Below, in pieces: positions 1 to 7,663 of a DNA stretch of 32,000 bases. The position numbers and the translations under genes are program-made. Under the pieces are notes generated by a model that was not told the origin of the DNA, did not search any database, and saw nothing but the letters and a program-made list of their open reading frames with translations. The first letter of the stretch is position 1. The number at the start of each line of letters is the position of its first letter. The stretch comes from Planctomycetales bacterium (GTDB lineage Bacteria > 4484-113 > JAFGCY01), in contig CP060262.1 in the NCBI GenBank assembly GCA_022646745.1, positions 2,100,001-2,132,000 of the forward strand. Reading direction: 5' to 3'.

Positions 1-127
1 CTGCAGCCTGCATGGTGCAGGGTAGGAGCTGGGTCATGGTTAACGGGGTGCAGTTCATTCTTTACATGTGCAAATTGAAACAAAAACCCTGTAAGCACAG
101 AAATAAGCCAAATTTGCAAAATCAAGG

Positions 128-133
128 TATAAT
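128..133 (+). promoter_or_regulatory. Candidate -10 (TATAAT) for the RRM protein gene, implying a ~135-nt leader
   Basis: Perfect TATAAT in an AT-richer stretch. No good -35 at 17-nt spacing. Confidence 0.3.
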
Positions 134-275
134 CGCCCGAGATGTCGCCGTTCGCGGCCGTTCAGCATGAGATTAGCCATTTGGCCTTCGCAAGTTCACA
201 AACTGCCTGACCCGAATCGCTGTCCCCAAGCTCCGTAGTACATCGACCAAATATTTTTTTCCTGGAGATTCAGCG

Positions 276-608
276 ATGAATATCTATGTTGGCAACCTTG
301 ACTTCAAGACCACTGAGAACGAGCTTCGTGAAGCTTTCGCCGTCCACGGTTCCGTGGACAGCTGCCGCATCATCACCGACAAGATGACCGGCCGCCCGAA
401 GGGCTTCGCCTTCATCGAGATGGAGGATGCCGGTGCCCGCGCCGCGATCGCAGCCCTCGACGGCAGCCAGCTTGGCAGCCGCACCATCAAGGTGAACGAG
501 AGCCAGCCGCGTGAGGACCGTCCTCGTGGCGGCGGCGGTGGCCGTGGCGGCTACGGCGGCGGCGGCGACCGTGGCTACGGCGGCGGTGGCGGCGGCGGTC
601 GCTGGTAA
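276..608 (+). CDS. RRM-type RNA-binding protein with Gly/Arg-rich C-terminal tail
   Basis: 110-aa ORF. RNP2 IYVGNL and RNP1 KGFAFIEM motifs. Tail GGGGRGGYGGGGDRGYGGGGGGGRW. GGAG 8 nt upstream of the ATG. Intrinsic terminator follows at 660-684. Confidence 0.9.
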   Translation: MNIYVGNLDFKTTENELREAFAVHGSVDSCRIITDKMTGRPKGFAFIEMEDAGARAAIAALDGSQLGSRTIKVNESQPREDRPRGGGGGRGGYGGGGDRGYGGGGGGGRW

Positions 609-659
609 ACCGGCAACCGCAGGGCCGGCATATGCCGGCACTCAAGCAAGGAATCAAGC

Positions 660-684
660 GGGCGGGGGAAACCCCGCCCTTTTT
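660..684 (+). terminator. Rho-independent terminator of the RRM protein gene
   Basis: GGGCGGGG-GAAA-CCCCGCCC stem-loop followed by TTTTT. Confidence 0.8.
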
Positions 685-716
685 GTTAGCTTGAAGGGAA
701 CAGGTTGCAGGTTGCA

Positions 717-823
717 GGAATAGCAATGAGTAATGAAGAGTGAGCAATGAGTCTTACCTGCAGCGAGGTTACCTCGAATAGGCTCAGGCTCATTGCTTAT
801 AACTCATACTTCATTGCTTTCCT
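717..823. repeat. Nested inverted repeat / long imperfect hairpin built on four AGCAATGAG units
   Basis: AGCAATGAG at 722-730 and 743-751. Reverse complements are CTCATTGCT at 789-797 and TTCATTGCT at 810-818. Outer arms AGGAATAGCAATGAG / CTTCATTGCTTTCCT. Apical mini-hairpin CGAGG-TTA-CCTCG at 764-776. Confidence 0.7.
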
Positions 824-884
824 GACCACTGCCTACTGCCCACTGATTACTGCCACTCCGAGCTCCACCCTCCAAACTCCAACC

Positions 885-890
885 TATACT
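885..890 (+). promoter_or_regulatory. -10-like TATACT 7 nt before the MBL hydrolase ATG (leaderless configuration)
   Basis: Read directly. No SD upstream of the ATG at 898. Confidence 0.35.
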
Positions 891-897
891 TACTGCC

Positions 898-1554
898 ATG
901 CGCCTGCGCCACTGGGTCTGCGGACCGCTTGACAACAACATCTACCTGCTGGAGGACGAGGCGGCCGGCCGCTGCGTGCTGTTCGACCCCGGCATCGACA
1001 TCGGCCCGGTGTTCCAGCACATTGACGACAATGGCCTCGAAGTCGAGCGCATCCTGCTCACGCATGCGCACTTCGACCACATCTTCGGCCTGGCCGAGGC
1101 CAAGCGGCGCTACAACTGCCCGATCCACATGCATCCGGATGACGAGGAGGTGCGCGCGCGCTTCCTGACGATCTGCGAGAACTGGGGCTTCCCCGGCGCG
1201 GACGCACCCCCTGAGATTGACGAACCGCTCAGCCACGGGCAGCGCCTGCAGCTGCTAGGCACGTCGTGCGAGGTGCGCCACACGCCGGGGCATGCCCCGG
1301 GCCAGGTGGCCTTTGTGTTTGACAACTTCGCGATCGTCGGCGACACGCTGTTCCAGCGCAGCATCGGGCGCTACGACCTGCCGGGCAGCGACCCGCAGGC
1401 GCTCGTCAACTCGATCATGGAGCAGCTCTACAGCCTGCCGGACGAGACCGTCGTCTACCCCGGGCACGGCGGCTTCACCACGATCGGCGAGGAGCGGCGC
1501 TTCAATCCTTACGTCGGCGAAGGCGCGCGCTTCCGGCTGCGCGAGGACGACTAG
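898..1554 (+). CDS. MBL-fold metallo-hydrolase (glyoxalase II-like)
   Basis: 218-aa ORF with the HxHxDH motif (THAHFDH) and an N-terminus (NNIYLLEDEAAGRCVLFDPG) typical of hydroxyacylglutathione-hydrolase-like MBL proteins. Confidence 0.85.
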   Translation: MRLRHWVCGPLDNNIYLLEDEAAGRCVLFDPGIDIGPVFQHIDDNGLEVERILLTHAHFDHIFGLAEAKRRYNCPIHMHPDDEEVRARFLTICENWGFPGADAPPEIDEPLSHGQRLQLLGTSCEVRHTPGHAPGQVAFVFDNFAIVGDTLFQRSIGRYDLPGSDPQALVNSIMEQLYSLPDETVVYPGHGGFTTIGEERRFNPYVGEGARFRLREDD

Positions 1555-3494
1555 CCGGCGGCACCGCTGCCGGTGCTGTCCTCACAGCGTCCGCCGAGCT
1601 GCTTCGCGAGGAAGCGGTCCGCGCGATGGTACCAGTCGAGGCGGTTCTGCGGCCGGGCGAAGCCATGGCCCTCGTCCTCGTAGCAGACGTACTCCACCTC
1701 GAGCCCTTTTTCGCGCATGCTGTCAACGATCTGCTCGCTCTCCGGACGCTTGACCCGCGGGTCGTTGGCACCCTGCGCGATCAGCAGCGGGACGCGGATC
1801 CTGTCAACGTAGTTGAACGGGCTGATTGAGCGGATGAACTCCAGCTCGGCCCGGTCCTCTTCGCTGTAGTCCGCCTTGTCCTTCAGCGTGCCGTCGGCAT
1901 TGCGCGGAATCACGCCCACGCGGCGGTCCATCACGCGGCGGAAGCTCTCCCAGTAGGGCGGGATGCTGTTGAGGAAGGTTTCCATGTTGCTCGGGCCGAC
2001 GAGTTCCGCGCCGCAGCAGTACAGCTCCGGCGTGAAGGTCAGGCCGGCCAGGGTGGCGTAGCCGCCGTAACTGCCGCCGTAGATGGCAACGCGCTGCTCA
2101 TCGGCGATGCCTTCGGCGATCGCCCATTTGACGGCGTCCGTCAGGTCGTCCTGCATCTTGCGGCCCCACTGCCGGTCGCCGGCGTTGATGTGGTCCTTGC
2201 CATAGCCGGTGCTGCCGCGGTAGTTCACCTGCAGGCAGGCATAGCCGCGGTTGGCCAGCCACTGCGCCTCGGGATGGCAACGCCAGGAGTCACGGGTCCA
2301 GGGGCCGCCGTGCACGTTGAGCACCAGCGGCAAGGGGCCGCTGGCCCCTTCGGGCAGCGTCAGGTAGCCGTGGATCTCGCGGCCGTCGCGTGCCCTGAAG
2401 CTGATGGGCTTCATCGGCACCAGCGGCTGCTTGTCCAGCTCCGGCCGCACGGAGCAGATGTAGCTGATCTCACCGCTGTCGCGATTGTAGCGGTGGTAGG
2501 CGGTGGAGCGGTTGTCAAAGATGTAGGCCACGATCCAGACGCGGTCGTCATCGCTGCGGCTCTCCACGAAGAAGTCGCCGGGCTGGTGTGCCGCGAGCTT
2601 CGCGATGTCCCCTGCCACACTGTCATCGAGCGCGGTCCAGTAGGCCCGGTCGCGGTAGACGCTCGCCGCCTGCGGGGTGTAGTCCTGCGGGTGCAGCATC
2701 AGGTTGTCAACGTCGTACTTGTCGTCCGGGTCGCTGAACAGGTCCGTGCGTTCGCCGCTCTGCAGGTTGAGCAGGCACAGCGCACCGCTGTTGCGGCCGC
2801 TGCTGTCAATCAGGTACACGCTGTTGTTGTCAGCGCTGAAGCCGTGCAGGCCGCTGCTGAGCGCATCCTGGTGGCCCCAGCGCAGGATCTCGCTGAACTC
2901 ACCCTCGCCGCCGGCGCGCATGTGCACGCTTTTGCCACCGTCGCTCTCGGAGATGGTGTATCCACGCACGGTGAGGTCGCGGTCAAGGTGCCAGGAGTGG
3001 ATCTGCGGCCGGCTTTCCTGCAGCAGGCTGCGCTCGCCTGTCAGCGTGTTCAGCAGGTAGAGGTCATGTGTGCTTTCGTCACGGATGTTGAGCCCGACCA
3101 CCACCTCGTCCGGGCGGCGGCGGCTGGAGCCGGCGAAGTTCGCCGCGACGGCATGCTCCGCACCGCTCTGGTCCGTCAGCTGGCGGGTCTCGCCGTTGTC
3201 AATGTTGATCGCGAAGATGTTCCAGTTTTCGTCGCCATCCTGGTCCTTGATGTACAGGAGCTGGCGGCTGTTGCGGGCCCAGCCGTGGTGCTGGATGCCG
3301 CGCAGGCGGTCGTCAGTCACGGGCTTCGCCTCTGCGCCGTCGATGGACAGCCAGATGTTCAGCACGCCGTTCACCGGCGCGATCCAGCTGGTGTGCCGGC
3401 CATCGGGGGAGATGCGGATGCTCGTGATCGCAGGGTTGCCAATCAGTTTCTCGAGCGGGATCAGCGGGACGTTTTGTGTGCCATTGTCAGTCAT
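1551..3494 (-). CDS. S9 family serine peptidase (prolyl oligopeptidase / acylaminoacyl peptidase-like)
   Basis: 647-aa ORF. GGSYGGY nucleophile elbow and C-terminal alpha/beta-hydrolase region (ANDPRV ... GHGF), with a long N-terminal propeller-like region. GAGGT upstream of the ATG. Confidence 0.9.
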   Translation of the reverse strand: MTDNGTQNVPLIPLEKLIGNPAITSIRISPDGRHTSWIAPVNGVLNIWLSIDGAEAKPVTDDRLRGIQHHGWARNSRQLLYIKDQDGDENWNIFAINIDNGETRQLTDQSGAEHAVAANFAGSSRRRPDEVVVGLNIRDESTHDLYLLNTLTGERSLLQESRPQIHSWHLDRDLTVRGYTISESDGGKSVHMRAGGEGEFSEILRWGHQDALSSGLHGFSADNNSVYLIDSSGRNSGALCLLNLQSGERTDLFSDPDDKYDVDNLMLHPQDYTPQAASVYRDRAYWTALDDSVAGDIAKLAAHQPGDFFVESRSDDDRVWIVAYIFDNRSTAYHRYNRDSGEISYICSVRPELDKQPLVPMKPISFRARDGREIHGYLTLPEGASGPLPLVLNVHGGPWTRDSWRCHPEAQWLANRGYACLQVNYRGSTGYGKDHINAGDRQWGRKMQDDLTDAVKWAIAEGIADEQRVAIYGGSYGGYATLAGLTFTPELYCCGAELVGPSNMETFLNSIPPYWESFRRVMDRRVGVIPRNADGTLKDKADYSEEDRAELEFIRSISPFNYVDRIRVPLLIAQGANDPRVKRPESEQIVDSMREKGLEVEYVCYEDEGHGFARPQNRLDWYHRADRFLAKQLGGRCEDSTGSGAAG

Positions 3495-3542
3495 GGTGTT
3501 ACCTCAGTATGTTACAGACGCCACGCGTGCTGCGTGGGTTCT

Positions 3543-4418
3543 CTAGTTCCGTCGCGCCGCCCGGATCTGCTCGCCGAGGCGCCTGGCGGCCAGCTGCGCC
3601 TTCTCGAGGTACTTCTCCAGCGAGCAGGGCAGCGGGTCCTCCCGGTGCAGGCGGTGCTGGTCATGCCGCATGCGCAGCATCCAGAGACTGCTTTCCAGGT
3701 CGACCACGCCGTCGTAGCCGGCCTCGCCCAGCATGCTGGTGACGCTGCCCCAGTCCACGTTGCCCTCATAGGGGATCAGGTGGCTGTCGGCCTCGCCCAT
3801 CGTGTCGCTCAGGTGAGTGGCCTTCACGCGCGGTGCCATCATGCGCATCAGTTCCACTGCGTCCGGGTTGAGGATCGTGGCATGGCAGGGGTCGACGCAG
3901 AAGTGGATGTCGTCATTCTCCAGCATCCGCATCACCCTGAGCGTCACCTTGCTGCAGTCCTCAATGCCGGGCAGGTTCTCGATGCACAGCATCACACCGT
4001 GCTCGCCCGCATAGGCAGCCAGTTCGTCAAGCGACTCCAGTGCCCGGCCAGCCATCGCGTCAAGCTGCGAATCAGGGATCCGCAGCAGTCCGCTGACATG
4101 CGCCACCACCGCGTTGCCATCCAGCTCGCCGCAGGCCTTGAGCGCGAGCTTGGTCAGCTCGATCGAGGCCCGCCGCGTCTGTTCGTCCAGGCTCGCCAGG
4201 TCGACCCAGCGCGCCAGCGGGGCGTGGATGTAGTTGAGGCGCAGCCCCGTCTCATCCAGCAGGTCCCGCAGCCGCGCGCGGCCGTCGGCGGTCTGGTAGA
4301 AGGCATGCGCCGGGTCATGTGACAGGCTGACATGGGAGAAGCCCGCCGCGGCGATCGCGCGGACCAGCTCGTCGATCGGCACGTCGAGGTCGACGAGCGT
4401 ACAGATTCCGGTATCCAT
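3543..4418 (-). CDS. Sugar phosphate isomerase/epimerase (xylose isomerase-like TIM barrel)
   Basis: 291-aa ORF with the family-typical pattern (..LCIENLPG.., ..FCVDPCH.., ..THLSD.., HLIPYEGNVDW). The start lies 2 nt after the bshC stop, so the genes look coupled. Confidence 0.7.
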   Translation of the reverse strand: MDTGICTLVDLDVPIDELVRAIAAAGFSHVSLSHDPAHAFYQTADGRARLRDLLDETGLRLNYIHAPLARWVDLASLDEQTRRASIELTKLALKACGELDGNAVVAHVSGLLRIPDSQLDAMAGRALESLDELAAYAGEHGVMLCIENLPGIEDCSKVTLRVMRMLENDDIHFCVDPCHATILNPDAVELMRMMAPRVKATHLSDTMGEADSHLIPYEGNVDWGSVTSMLGEAGYDGVVDLESSLWMLRMRHDQHRLHREDPLPCSLEKYLEKAQLAARRLGEQIRAARRN

Positions 4419-4420
4419 GA

Positions 4421-6058
4421 TCAGTCCATTATAAGTACCCGGTGCGCTGCGGCAAGCGGATCGAGCTGTGCCATCAGCCGCCCGGTGAGCGATTCACCGT
4501 AGCGGGCCAGCATGGAGGCATAGCTGACGACCCGTTCCTGCGGCACATTGCCCGGATTGGCCAGACCGTGGAGTGACGCCGCGCGCCGGGTGATGGTTTC
4601 ATTGTGGCGCTTGAGCGAAGAGGTGATCTTCTTCTCGAGCTTGTCCGCGGTCTTCAGGATATTGCCGCGGATGGTGGCGAAGCTCTGGTCGAGGCTTGGG
4701 TCGACCTGCAGGGCGAGCTCCAGCAGTGCGCTGTCCGCCTTTTCCAGTGTTTCAAGGTAGGTCGCGACCGCCTCATCAAGCCCGCGCGGGCGCAGCTTCT
4801 CAACGGCCATCGCCTCCAGCTCCTCCACCGGGCGGTACAGCTCAGTCAGTTCCCAGCCGAACTCGTCAAGCTGCTGCTCGTGCTTGGCTGACAACAGGGT
4901 CGCAGTACAGCGCAGGAAGGAGGGAGCCATCCGGATGCCGTGGAACTCGAACAGCGCGGAGGACTGTGCGCGGTAGGCCAGCTCAGCCATGCCGCCGACC
5001 CAGGCCACATTAGGCAGCATGCGGTCCTGCCAGAGCGGGCCAAGCAGTGCACCGGGCACGAAGCGCTCGGGGGTCTCTCGGGCCTGGCGCAGCAGTTCAT
5101 CACTGTCCGGACCGTCCGGCTTGTCGCGCAGCACCGGCCTGCCATCCTGCACGATGATCTTGTGTCGGCACTTCTCATCATCCAGCCAGAACAGCTGCAG
5201 GTCAGCGGGCTGGCTTTCCACCTGCAGGGAGTATCCCGCCTCACGGATCCGGCTGTTGCGGCCGGCCAGCAGCGCGGCCGCCTCACTGGCCTGGCTGAGC
5301 TGGTGCTCCAGCAGGTCAGCGCTGCAGCGCAGGTACTGCGGGTCAGAGCTGTCCAGCAGCACGAGGCCGGTGCCGGCGAACACCTTGAGCATCCAGCGCG
5401 CGAAGCCGTTGACAAGGCTGCCGTCGCTGTAGCTCTCGCGCATTGCCTGGACGGTCCGGTTGCCAAACTCGCTGTCCGGCAGTACTGACTGCAGGCTGTC
5501 CAGCAGGGCCGGTAATTCTCCGGAGAGGTCGCGGGCCGGGATGATGCGATTGTCTTCATCCGGCTGGGGCTCGAGGCTGAGTGTGTCCAGTTCCCAGCTG
5601 CGGTTGAACAGGCTGCTGCTGCGGATCTCCTCAAAGTCGCTGTCTATCGCGGCAATGCCGAACACCGGCACGAAGCGCAGCTGTGGGAAGCGCTCGCTCA
5701 GCCGCCTGGCATGCAGGATCACCGCCATCGCCTTAAGTGGCGTGTACAGCGGCCCGCCGAACAGGCCGGCCTGCTGCCCCGTGGTGATTACATATGTGTT
5801 GTCATCCGCGAGGCTGGCGGCGGCCTGCAGCGCCAGCTCATCCGCCCCCCAGGCGCTCATCCGCCCCGCGATGCTCTGCGCCAGCCGCGCGCGGTCAGGG
5901 AAGCTGCGTCCCTGCAGCTCAGCGATCCGGTTGCTGTCCCAGTCAGGCTTGCTGGTGTCATGGTGATACCAGGGCATCACGCCTGCACTGCCCTTCAGGT
6001 AGTCGAGTGCGAGCGGATTACCCGCCGGGTAGCGATCGAGGGGGATGGATCGGTTCAC
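4421..6058 (-). CDS. bshC: Bacillithiol biosynthesis cysteine-adding enzyme BshC-like
   Basis: 545-aa ORF with a GTG start. TTGQQAGLFGGPLYTPLKA matches the GGQQxGLxxGPLYxxxK signature of the BshC/YllA family as I recall it. The length is typical for the family. Confidence 0.75.
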   Translation of the reverse strand: MNRSIPLDRYPAGNPLALDYLKGSAGVMPWYHHDTSKPDWDSNRIAELQGRSFPDRARLAQSIAGRMSAWGADELALQAAASLADDNTYVITTGQQAGLFGGPLYTPLKAMAVILHARRLSERFPQLRFVPVFGIAAIDSDFEEIRSSSLFNRSWELDTLSLEPQPDEDNRIIPARDLSGELPALLDSLQSVLPDSEFGNRTVQAMRESYSDGSLVNGFARWMLKVFAGTGLVLLDSSDPQYLRCSADLLEHQLSQASEAAALLAGRNSRIREAGYSLQVESQPADLQLFWLDDEKCRHKIIVQDGRPVLRDKPDGPDSDELLRQARETPERFVPGALLGPLWQDRMLPNVAWVGGMAELAYRAQSSALFEFHGIRMAPSFLRCTATLLSAKHEQQLDEFGWELTELYRPVEELEAMAVEKLRPRGLDEAVATYLETLEKADSALLELALQVDPSLDQSFATIRGNILKTADKLEKKITSSLKRHNETITRRAASLHGLANPGNVPQERVVSYASMLARYGESLTGRLMAQLDPLAAAHRVLIMD

Positions 6059-6111
6059 GCTGGAATGTTATCACCGCAGCCGGTGGAATATTCTCAGGCC
6101 CGGCTGCGCGC

Positions 6112-6117
6112 TAGACT
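6112..6117 (+). promoter_or_regulatory. -10-like TAGACT 5 nt before the yjbQ ATG
   Basis: Read directly. No SD. Confidence 0.3.
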
Positions 6118-6122
6118 GGGGC

Positions 6123-6539
6123 ATGGAGATCATCACCCTCGACACCGGACGCCGCGAGGAATTCATCGATATCACGAGCGAGCTGCGCGAGCTTATCAGC
6201 AGCCGGGGCTGGGACCGCAGTGCCCGCCACGCCGTGCTGCACCTGTGGTGCTTCCACACCACGGCCGGCCTGACCGTCAACGAGAATGCCGATCCCGATG
6301 TGCAGCGAGACATGCTGCTTGCCATGTCCGCCATCGTGCCCGAGGACCTGGACTATCGCCATGCCGAGGGCAATTCCACGGCGCATGTGAAGTCCAGCCT
6401 GTTCGGCTGCAGCCTCAGCCTGCCGCTGGTGCAGGGAGAGCTCAAGCTCGGGCGCTGGCAGGGGGTCTATTTCTGTGAATTCGACGGCCCGCGACGGGGC
6501 CGCCAGGTCGGTGTCCAGCTGATCAGCAGCTCTACCTGA
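6123..6539 (+). CDS. YjbQ/UPF0047 family protein (secondary thiamine-phosphate synthase-like)
   Basis: HTTAGLTVNENADPDV, NSTAHVKSSL and LKLGRWQGVYFCEFDGPR match the YjbQ family pattern. I chose the internal ATG at 6123 (MEIITLDTG) over the track start at 6045, which would overlap the bshC start. Confidence 0.85.
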   Translation: MEIITLDTGRREEFIDITSELRELISSRGWDRSARHAVLHLWCFHTTAGLTVNENADPDVQRDMLLAMSAIVPEDLDYRHAEGNSTAHVKSSLFGCSLSLPLVQGELKLGRWQGVYFCEFDGPRRGRQVGVQLISSST

Positions 6540-6617
6540 TTAAGCCTGCATTGAAGCTGTTTCGCAGGTAATATTTCCCATCTTGGGGCGCGATCTGTCA
6601 CAAACTTATCAACACTC

Positions 6618-6646
6618 TTGAGAATTTGTGGAAAACGTGCTTTAAT
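6618..6646 (+). promoter_or_regulatory. Sigma70-like promoter candidate TTGAGA-17-TTTAAT upstream of the PKD lipoprotein gene
   Basis: Hexamers and spacing read directly. Confidence 0.3.
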
Positions 6647-6728
6647 TATCATTGGTCAAATGCCGGACAATAAAGTGGCGTGAATTGACCACAGCATTGT
6701 GCCGTGGGCACAGGCGGAGGGTAACAAG

Positions 6729-7439
6729 ATGAAATCAATAGTCGTATGCATGGGGATGCTTGCGCTGCTGCTGCTGCAGGGGGGTTGCGGAGGTTCTATC
6801 CGCCAGCTCACCGATGACGGCGACAGTGATGCGCCCGAGCTGATTGCGGTCCGCCCGTCCAGCGGCGTGAGCGGTGAGCAGGTGCAGTTCGAGGCCCTGA
6901 TCAACGACCTCGCGGGCACGCTCGGAAGCACCTTCCAGAATGATCCCAAGATCCTGGGCAACATCCAGTACATCTGGAACTTCGGAGGCGGTGCCTATCC
7001 GAACACAGTGATCTCCACCACCCCCGAGATCGACGAGCCGGTCTTCCTGCGTGATGGCATCCGCAGCCCCTACAGCTGCACACTGACCATCATCGGTAAC
7101 GAGAATGCTGAGGACCGCCTGGTCTACAACTTCTCGCTGGACGTGGCTCCGCTCGTGATCGCGACCGTCGGCCCGACCAACGGCCAGGAGGGTGCGAATG
7201 CGACCTTCGGTTCCGTGATCGCCAGCGGCAACGTGAACGACGACGGCTGGCTGTGGGACTTCGGCGGAGCCTGCGATCCCAACGGTTCCAACGAAACCAA
7301 CCCGACGGTACGTTTCGTGGACCTGAACTTCGCGGATGGCGAGACCTCCCGCGACTTCCAGGGCCGCCTGACCGTCAGCAACGATTTCGAGGTGACCACC
7401 TTCCCCTTCACCATCACGGTGCTGCGCGGAACGGACTAA
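6729..7439 (+). CDS. Putative lipoprotein with two PKD-like domains
   Basis: Signal peptide MKSIVVCMGMLALLLLQGGC with a candidate lipobox Cys. Two WxFGGG/WDFGGA motifs (PKD-like). GGAGGG 8 nt upstream of the ATG at 6729. Terminator at 7467-7491. Confidence 0.7.
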   Translation: MKSIVVCMGMLALLLLQGGCGGSIRQLTDDGDSDAPELIAVRPSSGVSGEQVQFEALINDLAGTLGSTFQNDPKILGNIQYIWNFGGGAYPNTVISTTPEIDEPVFLRDGIRSPYSCTLTIIGNENAEDRLVYNFSLDVAPLVIATVGPTNGQEGANATFGSVIASGNVNDDGWLWDFGGACDPNGSNETNPTVRFVDLNFADGETSRDFQGRLTVSNDFEVTTFPFTITVLRGTD

Positions 7440-7466
7440 GTCACACCACCAGACAGACCTCATATA

Positions 7467-7491
7467 GGCCGGGTTAGCCCGGCCTTTTTTT
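7467..7491 (+). terminator. Rho-independent terminator of the PKD lipoprotein gene
   Basis: GGCCGGG-TTAG-CCCGGCC followed by TTTTTTT. Confidence 0.8.
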
Positions 7492-7513
7492 GTGCGCTTA
7501 TCTAAACATATGA

Positions 7514-7522
7514 TGGTATAAT
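7514..7522 (+). promoter_or_regulatory. Extended -10 candidate TGGTATAAT, distal gyrB promoter
   Basis: TGnTATAAT match about 140 nt upstream of the gyrB start. Confidence 0.35.
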
Positions 7523-7627
7523 TATTGAGCGTGAAACGAATTCTATTCTGTTCCACGGGCTTCCGGAAAAACGCCCTGATTTAGGCTCAAGCCGCATCAA
7601 TACTGGAATCAGGCCCGGATCATCGAG

Positions 7628-7633
7628 TATAAT
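7628..7633 (+). promoter_or_regulatory. -10 candidate TATAAT, proximal gyrB promoter
   Basis: GAGTATAAT lies 30 nt upstream of the TTG start. The same GAGTATAAT context occurs upstream of glpX. Confidence 0.35.
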
Positions 7634-7663
7634 AGTCATTCAAACAACGCAAAGGACTACGCT

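Noticed and set aside
23-39. Third copy of the TAGGAGCTGGG... inverted-repeat arm at the window start
   Set aside because: Only 11 nt match exactly, followed by a mismatch and an indel. Matches of that quality are expected by chance in an all-against-all comparison of 32 kb. It is mentioned only as a lead and is not called as a feature.
747-932. 61-aa ORF across the repeat element upstream of the MBL hydrolase
   Set aside because: It lies in the inverted-repeat and pyrimidine-tract region and overlaps the MBL start out of frame. It has no SD and an improbable composition.
2190-4322. 710-aa ORF on the + strand
   Set aside because: It is entirely antisense to the well-supported S9 peptidase and TIM-barrel genes. 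The translation is Ala/Val/Gly/Arg/His-rich low complexity with no motifs. This is a typical high-GC shadow frame.
4846-5634. 262-aa alternative-frame ORF on the - strand within bshC, plus several + strand ORFs at 4548-6478
   Set aside because: They overlap the BshC frame, which carries the family signature. The alternative frames are Ala/Arg/Ser/Cys/Pro-rich with no motifs.
6045-6122. N-terminal extensions in the track for yjbQ (6045), glpX (16716), pheT (19467), tldD (21959), the response regulator (28355), arginase (19747), comEA (28319) and the lipoprotein (16956)
   Set aside because: The extensions overlap divergent neighbours or promoter-like elements, lack homology-like sequence, and internal starts with an SD or -10 context fit the family N-termini better.
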